64,000 bases of DNA from Octopus sinensis (lineage: Eukaryota). Numbering within the stretch: position 1 is the stretch's first letter; each line of letters starts with the position of its first letter. Location of the stretch: contig NC_042998.1 of NCBI RefSeq assembly GCF_006345805.1, positions 120,466,001-120,530,000 on the forward strand, written 5' to 3'. The position numbers and the translations under genes are program-made. Positions 40,835 through 54,024 of this stretch are shown one piece after another. The notes under the pieces are model-generated. The model worked only from the letters and a program-made list of their open reading frames with translations, was not told the origin of the DNA and searched no databases.

Positions 40835-41122
40835 TGGCCGATGCCAGCGCTGCCTCGACTGGCTTCCGTGCCGGTGGCACATAAAATACACCAATCCGAC
40901 CGTGGCCGTTGCCAGCCTCGCCTGACACCTGTGCAGGTGGCACGTAAAAAGCACCCACTACACTCACGGAGTGGTTGGCGTTAGGAAGGGCATCCAGCTG
41001 TAGAAACATTGCCAGATAAGACTGGAGCCTGGTGCAGCCTTCTGGCTTCCCAGATCCCCGGTCGAACCGTCGAACCCATGCTAGCATGGAGAACGGACGT
41101 TAAACGATGATGATGATGATGA
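40835..41122 (+). mobile_element. Young copy of an abundant short retroposon with an (ATG)n tail
   Basis: gtggcacgtaaaaagcacccactacactc..ggcgttaggaagggcatccagctgtagaaac..catgctagcatggagaacggacgttaaacgatgatg. Other copies on + at about 29025, 31050, 32170, 41790, 54495 and 63843, and on - at about 11735, 13916, 52715 and 61540. Confidence 0.8.
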
Positions 41123-41123
41123 T

Positions 41124-41309
<186 letters not shown>

Positions 41310-41485
41310 GGTCTTGACCAGGTAGAAAGTCTGAGTATTTCCAATGCAATACTCAACCTGAATTCCACTCTAAAACTGGAATCTGCAAGAAGATTGAAAT
41401 TCCACAATTCAGGACCAGTAAATCCAATGTGTGGGTCTTACAAAAAGTAATATATAATCCAAATATGAAGTTATAGAAAGAGCTT

Positions 41486-41654
41486 AATGAATTCATGTGA
41501 AAAGTCACATAATATGTGGTTGATGACATTGAAGGGGTGCTTCATCAGACTTGCATCCAAAATGTAAGAACACACCTTTGAATGCCAGTCTGATGAAGTG
41601 CCGCTCCAATGTAATCAACTGCAAATATTAGCTAACTTTTCACATGAAATCATT
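41486..41654. repeat. Short foldback / MITE-like hairpin
   Basis: Arms 41486-41551 and 41587-41654, including perfect ttcatgtgaaaagt / acttttcacatgaa and cttcatcagact / agtctgatgaag. Confidence 0.85.
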
Positions 41655-41745
41655 TACATGCAGTGAATGTTAAAAACAGTGGTACCAAAACAATTGTAAC
41701 TAATAATAAATGTGTTCTAAACTCTTTTACCATCTTATTTGGATT

Positions 41746-41789
<44 letters not shown>

Positions 41790-42789
41790 CCATGCTGGTG
41801 GCATGTAAAAGCACTCTTGGAGTGGTTGGTGTTAGGAAAGGCATCTAGCTGTAGAAACCTTGCCAAATCAGATTGAAGCCTGCTGCAGTCTCCCGGCTTA
41901 CCAGTTCTCAATCAAACCATCCAACCCATGCCAGCATGGAAAGTGGATTTTAAATGATGATGATGATCATACACACACAACATGAAATGTAGAAATATCT
42001 TCAGTTCTGTGTTTGAAAGCCTTTTAGCTGTGAAATTACATGTGATGCAAAAGCAAGTAAAAGGAAAATGTATGTGCATATATCTATCATCATTAAAACA
42101 ATGAGGTGGCAGGGTCATTTGCACATCAGACAAAATGCTTACCGTCATTTCAGCCATCTTTATATTCTGAGTTCAAACTCTGCTGAATTTTACCTTTCAT
42201 ACTAGCTCCTTCTTGCAAAATTTCAATCCCTATACCAATAGTTGAAAGGATTATCATCATTCTATATTCATACATCTGCCACCTACAGAGTCTTTGTTCA
42301 CAATGGCAGTGGAGTCCTGTCTTCTTTCATACATTTTAGTCTTTATCAAGTATAGTCTGAAGCCTCTTGATTCTGGGTTTTGTTTCCACATAAAAGATTT
42401 CTTCTTTATGTCTTCCACAAACTCTGTTTTACAGACTAGATCATCTGCCTATTGGTTCATTCTCATTGCATAGCACATAGGGCAGGTGTCTACTAATAGT
42501 ATTGGGCTGATCAAAGCTTTGAGATTTGGTAGATGAAAAGTGGATGAAGCCTGTCATATATATGTGTGTGTGTGTATTACTGTCTCCTTGCCTTGACATA
42601 ATGTACTTCAGAAAAGGTTAGCTGACAAGGAGGACTGGGAGCCATCTGAATAGAAGAGAGTTGACCTGTATCATGATGATTTGCACTGGGCATCAAAATG
42701 CTGACACCATGACTACCATTCAATGGTCTGAGAACACTGTAAAGGCTGTAAGACATGATAGGGTCACAACAGGCATTCTGTTTGTGTCT

Positions 42790-43700
42790 ACATGCTGAAG
42801 TTTGTCCATTTGCAGGCCAAGGTGATGGAAGATCTAAGCAAGGGAATATGGGCTTTGGCAAGAGAGATGGGTGTTGAAATTGCCACCATGAGGCTGGCCT
42901 TGAATGAGGACCTTTGCTACCACTTCTACGTGAGGTGCAAGAGACAAATTCTGAAAGCCAAGGGGAAACTACTTGACAAAAGTAAAGAAGCTCCTGAGGC
43001 ATTCTGCCAAGCTGAGCTGGGGATGATCTGGTTCTTCTCAGATGAAAAGAACTTCTGCCAGGGCCAGTTTCACAACATCCAGAACAAGTGGCTTGCATAC
43101 AATCCATATTATAACTCACATTTGAAAACTGTGATGGTCATCAGGTATGTGAGGTTGACCATTTTGAACACAGCCTTAGGGTCAATTCAGACACTATGTA
43201 TCTGAATTCAAGCTGCTGGAGACTGTAGTCAAACCCTGGCTGGAGCAGGTTGCTGTTGAAAGACATAGGTATGACAGTAGAATTTTTCTCCTTGCCATAC
43301 TTCCAGGAAAAGTCAGAAGTGGTTGTTGAAGAATTTGTACAACTTCACCAGCCCCAATTTCTAGCCCTCTAATTTTCCTGATTGTAATCCCATGACTTAC
43401 TATATGTGGAGCACTGTTGAGAACGATACCTACCTACAATACCAAGGCCAAGCTGGTGACCAAGATCAAGGTGGTGTCCAAAGATTTTCCCAGGGACACA
43501 GTGAGGAATGCATGTGCCAGGTTTTAGAGCTGCCTTGAAGCTATGGTAGATGCTGAGGGTGGCTACTTTGAGTAAGCTGTTATTTCCCAGTCGTAATTTA
43601 GTTGATATTTTTTATTTGTTTTTAAAGTTGGTTTTATTTTGGGATGGGATATTGTGTTTTCTTTTTGTTTTATGCAAACTGTTGAGTTTAGCCCTAACAC
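42790..43700 (+). mobile_element. Tc1/mariner-superfamily transposase remnant, frameshifted
   Basis: WFFSDEKNF (first catalytic D) in ORF 42792-43205. Downstream frames give TVVKPWLEQVA, a decayed PSNFPDCNPMTYYMWSTVE, and a decayed DAEGGYFE-like end at about 43545-43575. Confidence 0.8.
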
Positions 43701-44889
43701 CTTATATTGTATCTACATTAATCATCATCATCATCATCATCATCATGTTTACTTTTTAATTCTTATACAGGTTGTTGAAACTTGTTGAAGTAGATTTCTT
43801 TTCTCTAGCTGCATGCTCTTCCTGTCACCTACTCTCACCTGTTTACAAGTTAATATCATAGACCAGTGGTTGAATGTACTGTCACTGAGGATTATAAACT
43901 CTCTCTCTCATGCTTTCAATACACACACATCACATGTGCGTGTATATATATTATATATATATATGTGTGTGTGTGTGACATTTGCAATAACTGACAAAAC
44001 AGTTCCTGGAAAACTTTGCAGGCCTTTTTATCAGAAATGTGGAACAAGTGAATCAGTAGACAATTTTTGGTGATTAACATCACAATTAAATATACAGATA
44101 AATAAGAGATAATAAAATTATTGAGATAAATTTTGGTCAGTTTACAAATTACTAACCACATTAGCATGAGTTTAAACTTCTCTATTGCATCTGTTATGAA
44201 AGCAATGTTTAACAAAGTCTGAGCCACTAATGCACTACAACCAATAGGATCAAGAGATGTAATATCTTACATCACTTTTTCCATTACTCCAGTGGCTGAT
44301 ACCCATGAATAATAGTTCTTAATTTACTATGTTATGCAATCACGAAGTTCTTGAAACCTTCCTCAACTTGACTGAGGGATTCACTAGTTTGGTATTGCAC
44401 TCTAAAGTATCTTATAACTCTATCTATGCTACCAATAGATTATGCTATTTGTCTGCATTCATCTCTTAAAATGTTGATTTATTCCAATATTTCTTTTTTT
44501 TTCTTTCTTTTTCACTATGGTCCATTCTCTTGGTACCCTTTTTTCTGTAATTTCTTTGTTGCACTGCATCCATATTGAATTTTTGCACTTTATTTTTCCT
44601 GTTTGTCTATCTCCATTTCTGTATGTTTTTATATATCTAGGATTGTTCCATGGATAGAGATTATTCTTTGGTTCTGTGTGGGCTTCTTTTCTTTAACTGT
44701 ATTTAGTACACACCTCTGTATTCCTTTCACAATTTAAAGATTGAAAGGAATTGTATCTAAAACTGTATGACAGTTTGTCTGTGTATGATGCATATCTATA
44801 TCATCATCATTTAATATTTGTATGCCAGTATTTTTACGTAACTTAAGATATATACTAAGCAAAAATTGTATATATAGATATGCATATAT

Positions 44890-44927
<38 letters not shown>

Positions 44928-45329
44928 ATGTATGTGAATATATGTATGTCTCTGTGTATGTGTGTATGTATATAAAGATATGTATATATGTATACAATCT
45001 TCACTGCTGCTCACACCAAATTTCATAACATCTGTTGAATTTACTTTTGCAATGCTGCGATATCACTGCATGTGTCTGTGCAATATGCCTTCCCTGGTCT
45101 TTTAGTTTTATTTATTTATTTCGCAGATGTGATGAGCTCATTCTCCTGCACCAGTTTTTACCACTTTTCCAATTCTGCCTTAGTAACTGCATTATTGCAG
45201 AACAGTAGAAAATTTTCAGTGTTATTCCCCCTATTCAAATTACTGTCAAGTCAGTTTCACAAGCTGTATGGCCAAATTGATGAAGTCCTGCATCCTGAGT
45301 CAAAGAGAGGTAGTCACAATACTAGGATA

Positions 45330-46387
45330 ATATTCTACACCTTATGTGATGGTATCTAGTGTCCCACGGGGATCTACCTTTGATCTCCTGTTATTTGTTG
45401 CATACATTAATGAAATAGATGCCAACTTCAAGCATGTTATGCAGATGTCATTAAGCTGTACCTTGAAATAAAAAGAACTAATCTTATATGTTTCCTTACA
45501 ATCTGACCTGGGCATAATATGGCAGTGGATTGCTGACTGGTATCTCAAGTTAGCTATAGACAAGTGTACGACTAAATTTTTAAGAAGGAAACATCTGAAA
45601 TTATATAACCTAGACATTATTGTCAACAATGATCTACATTAGAGGGACCACATTTCTAAAATTAACAAAATGGCCAAAGGTGTCTTAGCATCTCTCAATA
45701 AGATCTTCGCCTGCATTTCATCAGCTATCTGTTTAAGCCTAATATAGCTGTGATATGTCCACACTTACAGTTTTACATCTCTAGTCTGGAACCACCGTCT
45801 TTTCAGAATATGAATCTACTGGAAGCTGTCCAGAGATGTGCAACCAGATAAAACCCTCCGTCATTTACCATAGCTTGAATGTCTTTCTTCTCTGGATATC
45901 AATACACTAAAGTTTCAACATTAGCAGCTTTGTAGAAACCTGCAAGATTATCCAACATCTCCCAGAATTTAACACCTTTTTTGAATTTAGTACTTTACCA
46001 TCCTTGGGCATGCTTAAAAATCCAAATACAGCACACTTACCATAACTTTTTGGAAGCATTTTTTATACTCAGAGTTGTCAAAGTATGGAATAAACTCCCA
46101 CATCAGTTGTTAACTGTCAAGACACTACATTTTTCTAAAATTCACCAACACTACTCTTGACATGCCTGCATACTTTCCTTATTGTGACTCTCTTAATGTT
46201 CATTTTTCTCTCTTTATTCTTTATTCAGTGTACTGTGTGAATACTTCTACCTTTCATAGTTGTCTTTGTTTTTTTGACTTATCTGTCTGCTTTGTGACCC
46301 TCTTTTAATCCTTTCCAATAAGTTGTAGTGTCCTTGAGCACTACATACAAGAAGCTCATTATTATCATCATCATGATTATTATTATT
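45330..46387 (+). mobile_element. Decayed CR1/L2-type LINE with (ATT)n tail
   Basis: SVPRGSTFDLLLFVAYIN (degenerate GVPQGS..LLF), LQSDL..IWQW, and HFFILRVVKVWNKLP. Ends in gaagctc(att/atc)n. Confidence 0.7.
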
Positions 46388-47035
46388 AAGGCAGCGAGCT
46401 GGCACAATCGTTAGCATGTCAGGCAAAATGCTTAGTAGTATTTCTCCCGTTCAAGTTCAAGTTCCACCGAGGTCGACTTTGCCTTTCATCCTTTCAGGGT
46501 TGATAAATTAAATACCCATTGAGTACTGGGGTTAATGTAATCGACTTAACCCCTCCCCCCAAATTTCAGGCCTTGTGCCTATAGTAGAAAGGATTATTAT
46601 TATTATTATTAAGGCAGCAAGCGAGCAAAATCATTAGTATGCCAGGCGAAATACTTAAGCGGTATTTCATCTGAATTCAAATTTTGCCAAGGTCAATTTT
46701 ACCTTTCATCCTTTTGGGGTCGATAAAACAAGTACCAGTTGAGTACTATGGTTGATGTAATCAACTAATCCTCTCCCCCAAATTTCAGGCCTTGCGCCTA
46801 TTGTAGAAAGGATTGTTATTATTATTATTCAAGCAGTGAGCTGGCAGAGTTGTTAGCACACTGGGCAAAATGCTTAGTTCAGATTCCACTAAGGTTGACT
46901 TCGCTTTTCATCCTTTCAGGCTCGATAAAATAGGTACCAGTTGAACACTGGGATCAATGTAATCAACTTGGCTCCTTCCCCTAACTTACTGGCCTTGTGC
47001 CAAAATTTGAAACCATTATTATTATTATTAATAAT
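46388..47035 (+). mobile_element. Three head-to-tail copies of a tRNA-derived SINE (about 205-220 bp each)
   Basis: Copies start at 46388, 46611 and 46831 (aaggcagcgagctggc-like head, gttcaa B-box-like motif, gcctttcatcctttc..gtcgataaa..aagtaccagttga body). Each ends in (ATT)n. Confidence 0.85.
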
Positions 47036-47290
47036 GAGGGCATATGGCCTAGTGTTTAGGGTGTTGCACTCACAACTGTGAGATCATGGTTTCGATTTCT
47101 AGACTGGTTGGTATGTTGTGTTCTTGAGCAACACACTTCATCTCACATTGCTCTGCAATCACTTTAACACCAGATGGTACACCATGTACCTGTTTGAGCA
47201 ATGTTGATTTGATAGAGGGAGTGAGCTATTGTGCAGGTCATTTGGCAAAAGCTGAACACTCATATGTCGTTTTCAGTGGAAGTGTCCATC
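47036..47290 (+). mobile_element. tRNA-derived SINE, second family
   Basis: ggcatatggcctagtg A box, gtttcgattt B box and tgtgttcttgagcaa core. Related copy at about 34345-34600. Confidence 0.65.
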
Positions 47291-49029
47291 ATCATCATCA
47301 TATATTTATGTACTTATTCAGATTTGTGTATGTGTGTGTGTATGTAGCATAGTAGCACACACATGCACAAACGACACACATTTATACAATCTATGTATGT
47401 GTGTATCCATGAGTGGGTTTGTGTTTCCCCATTTTTTACACTCTACATAAAGTGTCCCTGGTGTCAAATGGTGTCGTTGTTTACAGTTTTGGCCATCGAT
47501 CTGTCTGTTGTTCAAAAGATGGAGATGCTTTACTGGGAAATAAGTGATGACTAATGATACAAAAGGTATCTGGTTGTAGAGAAGTTGCCTCAATAATTCT
47601 CATTTGATCCATGCTAGCATGTTAAAAGGATGGTTAATGTGTGTGTGTGTACGCATGAACATGCACATACATGCATTCACATATGCATATATAGCTTACC
47701 ATCCTCACCATTTCATGCTGGCATCAGTTGCTATGGTTCTAATCACTATTTATCCTGAGTTACTGTTCTGAACAGACCGGAGGACCACATCTTGCTCAAA
47801 TGTTTTGCAGTTTGCCATGGTTTCCATGGCTGGATGCCCTTCCTAACACCAACCATTTTAGTGAGTGTACTTTATCATGGCATTTGTTCTAGACAGATTA
47901 TTTTGTCCTCAGCAAGGCAAGTCTAAGGATTGTCTTGAATCTATATTGCTTTCACTTAATTTGTCAACCATTTTATAGAGTGCACTGGATTGCATTTTAT
48001 TGTGGCACCAGCATTAGTGAGTTCAACTATCTTACCTACTGTATATTGTCTATGTTTATATGGGACAATCTGACTAATAACGTGGGTACAAGAGATGGCA
48101 ATTCTTGAAAGACTAAAATGAAAGGTCAAAAGAAGTGAAAATGTGAAATGGGAATCAAGCTGATTGGGGTTAAATTGTAGAAGAGAGAAAAGAGAGAGAG
48201 ACAGCACTAAAAGTAGTAAGAGAATTTATTTTGCATTTCACACGCATACTCTCATCTCTCACCACATGTTGTCACTCTCTTACCAATATTTGATACCGTC
48301 TTCTCATCCTGATGCCTGATTAATTGCAGATCGTAACAGATCTTTTGGTATCTGATACACCACACAAGCTTTCTCTCTCCTGCTGGAAAAATAGGTAGCT
48401 TTGTCATTCCTCTATCACAATACCTGGAAATTCTGTCTCCCAACCTTCCATGAATAGCAGAGTAGTAATGAGATAGTAATGGTAGAATGTAATGAGGCAA
48501 GAATAGTAGGGGTAATGTGAGAAGAGAGAACAAGTAAAGGATGGTTGTGCAATGGTTGGTGGTAAGAGTGTGAGGGAAGTTGGTTATAATCAAAGTAAGG
48601 AAGGAGGAGTGGAGTCTCACAATATAGAAGGATAATGTTAACTCATAAGACAAACACAAGTAATGATTGGTTGAGGCAGAGATTGTAAGAAATTGATGGA
48701 TATGTACTTATTTTGTATTGTTAGTGGTAGTACAGAAGTCTTTTTGTCAGTATCTAAAGGTGGAGGTAAAAGGGAATCCACAACATTCAGACTCTTGTGC
48801 ACAAATGGAAGCTCTCTTTGCTTGTAGAGACAAGTTTTGATATTGGTGGATGAAATAAGAATGGGAGTCAGAAAAGTTAGTTTCAAGAAAGCATCTAATA
48901 TCAGTTGTTTGTCATGCTGGTGTTTCATCATCATCATCATGAACTTTTGAAAATATTCAGTGTAAAAGACATCCTTGAGCTCAGAAGATATATAGTGAAT
49001 GGCAATGTACATTAGATCAGTTATCCTGG

Positions 49030-49420
49030 TGGAACTTCCTCTTTGTCAATATCTTCCTTTTCTCCTGCCTTCTATGTAAAATCTCATCCATAATTTCTTA
49101 ATCAGTGAGCACCTGATAGTCAGGATCACCTTCATCTACTTCAAACTATTCTTGAACATGTTCAGTTGTTTCCTATTTTCCAGCATTTACAAAAGTGTGC
49201 TGAAAATTATTTACCTCAAATCCTTCAAAATTCAAATCAGGTGCAATATTATTCGACAACTTTTCCCAACCATTCTCCAAAATCAAAGTCTTCAATTGCT
49301 TCCAAGCTTCTGCAAAATTAAAATTGACAGACTTAATGTTGTAGGATCCTAGATTTTGAAGTGCTTGCTCCACTACTTTTTGCATCATTTTCTACATCAT
49401 CCAACCCAACCATTACTTGT
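49030..49420 (-). mobile_element. pogo/Tigger-like transposase C-terminal remnant
   Basis: Minus strand reads FAEAWKQLKTLILENGWEKL...FEGFE...FEVDEGDPDYQVLTD*EIMDEI, resembling pogo/TIGD C-termini. Confidence 0.6.
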
Positions 49421-52400
49421 ATAATGTACTAATAGTTTGTTTAAGCTGACAAATACATAGATATCAATAATAGTCTAATAAATTTCACATTTGTCATTTG
49501 TCATTTAAAAATTATCATAATTTATAAACTGCATATTGTATACATATCATTAGATGCAGTTTCTATTGTCCATAAATTTTTACTTATTTTGCTCTTTGTT
49601 TTGTTCAGTATTTCAAACTTCCTTAACCACCAAATTTTTTTTATCTAACCTAAATATCTACTCTTAGATTCCTGTTATGGTGGTGTTAATTTAATGATGT
49701 TATTTTAACATTTTATTTATTAGACATTCTTTTTTACCATCACTACCAACACCAGTTTTTTTTAAAGCATATTGTATATTTTCCTTGCACAAAACCTTCA
49801 TAAAAGATAATAGTGAAACTGTCACTTGCTACATGCATTTATTTTCAATTCATCTAAGTAATTCACCATGGTAATATTTGTAGGATACATAAATATTTAT
49901 GTTGTGAAGAGGAAAACTAAAATACTTTTAGAATCGTATAGTTTTCTTAAAGCAATAGTGACTAAAAGAAATTTAATACATCTCGGGGGGGCTTTTGTAA
50001 ACTCAAAAGTGGATTTCAGGAATCACAAATGAATAAACTCTCTAGATTCTATTTGGAATTCTTTCTCAGAATGTTTTCACTGAATTATGTATTATTTCTC
50101 ATTTTCTTTTTATTATTGCTATAAAAGAAAGCTTTATTATATCTAATATTAAATGTTTTGTTGATTGTATAAACTTATAATTGTACATTAGAGATATTGG
50201 TATTCTCATAACTGAAACTTGTTCATCTGCTTACAAAGTAATGACCTCTTTGAGGATATATGAATAATATAGTACTTACTTAGGAAAGTTAGGTAAATTG
50301 TTTCTAATGCCTAACATAACAAAGATTGCATACTTACATACATACCATAGATATAAGGTGTATATATATAAATATATTGAAATAAATACAAATAAATAAT
50401 AAAATAGATGGCATTAAAAAAAGTAGGTTAAGAAAAAGTTTATTAAATATTATTAAATAACTAGGTTAGATTCTGTAACAACTTTGCAAAGATGGGTAAT
50501 TTTAGCACAATTTATTTGAAGTAAATGTATAGTTATAGGTAATTATATATTTAGATGAATTAAAGAAATAATGTGTGGATGTATATTAGTCATATCTTAA
50601 CTATGTTAAAAGTATATGTTTAGGATTTTGTGTTTTTAAGGCCACACTCAGTACCTCGATTTATTCAAGTATATACAAATAGAGGAACCAGTAACAAAGA
50701 CTTTTCATGGTTGCTTTACTGATTGTATAAGAGGTATATTAAAGCTAGGTACAGACTGCATGAAGGTTATTGCAGATAAATACTCGAGAGTTAAGGTAGC
50801 TTTGTTGTATTGCAAAACTTAGATTAATGTAAAGATGATAAAAATAAAAACAATTTAAGATTTTTTTTGCTTTGTTTGTTTTCTCACTATCACTCAATTC
50901 TGCTTCTCATGCTTAAGATATGCATTTAACTCATAGTCAATACTGATTGAGTGACCTGCGATTTCAGTCATGCCAATCCTAACCAGACTATTTTCTCAGA
51001 TACAATATACACCAAACTACTGGTGTTCTTTGTTTAAAGTAGTTGAGTGTTATCTGAAGAAAATTTCACCATTATTTCTACTAGGCCAAGTGATCATGTA
51101 GAGCCTCCCTTGTTTGACTGAATGTATGTATAAAAATTTGGTCTCCATTCAACCTTCAAGGAAAAAGATCAAGAGTATTGTTTTAGCTATCAACTTAATT
51201 GATAAAGCATCTTTTTCAGCAACACCACCAAGTCTGTTTTATCCATTGTTCATTGTTATTATACTTACTATAACACCACCCACAAACTGCGTAGTATTGA
51301 GAGTGTGTGTTTGTATGTTACACAACCGCAACATAGTTTATAGTATTTGTTTTCTTATGCAACCCTACATCAGTATCAGTCTATGTATATTACTTTAATA
51401 CCAACTTATAATACTGTGTGTATCCTGGTGCACACATATTTGTGTATGGGCTATCCCAGCATCTCACTACCACTATGTGTGTGTGTTATCCAACAACAAC
51501 ATGCAGCTGCTTGTTGTCCTAATCCATTTGACCCATCAGAAGTGAAACTACCTTTAACTTGTTAGATAATTTTTCTTCTTTCATGCCCTTCATCGCGAGG
51601 AACTCAACTTGTTTTTAGCATATGTTTTTTATTTCCTGTTTCAAATTATATATAGCTGAATGAAAGATACATATACTGCTACTTCTTCTACACAGGTGTG
51701 CTGGATGCTTTTTATGTGCCACCAGCATCCATTCAGTTGCCAAGTAACTTGCAAGACAAGGACATCTCAGCTGATACAGGGAGAGGAACTGAGAAAAGTG
51801 GCCATACACCAGGCAAGAGGTTGCAGTATGATAGAGGGGCAGAGATATCTATCTTACTACAGAGGAGATACTTGATCACCCCAGTAGGGCAGAGAAGCAG
51901 AGGGAGGTGAGAGAGAGAGGGGTGGCCTACCCACAGAGAACAGTAGGGAGGTATAAGTAGTGCAGAGGGGATTGAGGAGATTTTATGTAAGAGTGTGAGG
52001 GGAGATATTTAGGGAACTAGAAGGGCCTGCAGTAGGTGGTGGGGATTGTGGGAGTTGTAGGTGAGTTTTGCCAGAGGTCAAAATTATGTAAGGGTGAGGG
52101 CTAACATCTCTAGCTAGTAGAACAGTTGGTAATGAAAAGAGGTGTATGTTGTCATTATAACATTAGGTTCAATTGTAGACATACTTCAATCAGTATCAGA
52201 CTTAAGAAAATAAATGAGAATTATTTCTAAACTAAGTAGGATTGTATTTGACTTTCCCCAACAAATATATAGAAATATAGTTGAAAGCTGGAATTGTGAA
52301 AATCCCTTATTGAAAACCCAATTTATATTTGAATCCTGAAACCATAGTTACATATGGAGTACAGCTTTACATCCCCTGGTTACATGAAAGTTGATGCAGA

Positions 52401-53709
52401 CATATGTATAAGGTACATAAGTTATACTCTCTGAGTGATCTTATTCCCATAAATAAGTAGTATTCCACTCGCATAATTACTGAAATCTTGTATATTTCCT
52501 TCTTTTTTTTACTAACATCAACAACCTCAACATTATTCTCATCATGACTACAAGAGCTTCAGTAGCTATTTTAAACTCTAGTTGTATACTTAAACTACCT
52601 GGTACTCGTGGAAAATTCATTGGTAATAAATGTAACATTCAGTTTATCAGCTAATTACTTGTGGCAAAGTGTATTTGAAGGCATTAATTGAATAAAATAT
52701 ATGTACAGTTGTGTGTGTTTGTAATCATTGTTTGTCCACCCTTCATGTTGACATGAGTAAGGATGGTTTGACAGGACCTGATGAGACAGAGAATTATATC
52801 ATGCTTCAATGTCTACTTTGGCATGGTTTCTACAGCTGGATGCTCTTCCCAATGCCAACCACTTTACAGTGTATTGGATGCCTTTTCCATGGCACTAGCA
52901 CTAATGAGGTAGCCATGTAATATGTAACTCAGAAGATTAAAGCACCCCCACCCCCTCAGCTGAGAGTGAGCTAGCTTTATACTAGGAGTTTAAAAAGAAA
53001 AGGGACGGTGTCTTCCTATACTACCCAACATCATATAAGGGCAGTTGAGACTAATTGAGGTGAAGCTGGTGACATGGTATCAGAGTATATCCTCAAGGTA
53101 CAAGATGAGTTGGATGCTCAGGAATTGTGGGTGGATAAAGGTTGAAAGCATGTGGGTGAGTGTGAGGACTTGTCGTGATAGGGGTTGGAGTGCTCAGAGG
53201 CACTCAGAAGTGAATGTAGTGGATGGTTGATGTAAGATAGTATTAAGAATGAGATATGGGTATTGATAGGAAGTGGTCTTAGGTAGAGGAAAAAATAACT
53301 GGTAGTACAAAAAGGGTGATCAATGGAAAATATGAGCAGAGAGGAATGATGTTAAGAGCAAAGGATGGATATCAAAAGGAAGTGATTCTAGAGAAAAGGA
53401 AAGATAATTGGTTAGTCAGGAAGTGGTAAGACATGTAATTGCTACAGTATCAAACTCGTACCTCACATGTCCAGATGGTCTGCTTTTAGTATATTTGTTT
53501 TGTTGTGTTCATGGTCTTTGGATTGGTTTCTGTGCATCTAGTGTTGATGCAGACTGTATTACTGCTGTTTAGACCTAGAGCATTTCTCCTGCCACAAAAT
53601 TTTGGTGAAAAGCTTTTCAGGTATTAACAACCTGGTTCTCTTCCCCACCACCATACGTAGTAAATCTGGGATTACATTATTATTTATTTCCTATCCTAAG
53701 AAGTTAAGG

Positions 53710-54024
53710 CAGTGTTTCTCAACCTTTTTACCCTTGTGTAACCTTTAAAATAAATTACATGTCTCAAAGAACCCTTGCAAAAAAAATATTATATACCATA
53801 TCTTTCTCATACTTTTTCATCGTAGTTCACATGGTAAATGTCATATATATATATATATATATATTGATAACATAATAGGTTAGATGGGATGATGTCTATA
53901 TTACAATAACCAATAATATGTTGTGCTTGTATAGTATTATTACTATCATGAAATTAACATTATCTTATCTCACTCTTTCTTGCGGAACCCTAGGGATCCA
54001 GGGAACCCTGATTGAAAAATGCTG
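53710..54024. mobile_element. hAT-type MITE
   Basis: TIRs cagtgtttctcaacc / gattgaaaaatgctg; 8-bp TSD agttaagg / agttaaga; internal (TA)n. Confidence 0.7.

Noticed and set aside
41587-41630. CTGATGA in both arms of the 41.5-kb hairpin as a possible hammerhead
   Set aside because: No stem II followed by GAAA and no NUH/stem I geometry downstream on either strand.
42792-43205. 137-aa ORF as a host gene
   Set aside because: Contains the FSDEK transposase motif and continues into frameshifted mariner sequence.
50760-50796. Short ORF MKVIADKYSRVK ending at AAG|gtagct
   Set aside because: Weak donor, and phase 0 is incompatible with the next (phase 2) Trio acceptor.
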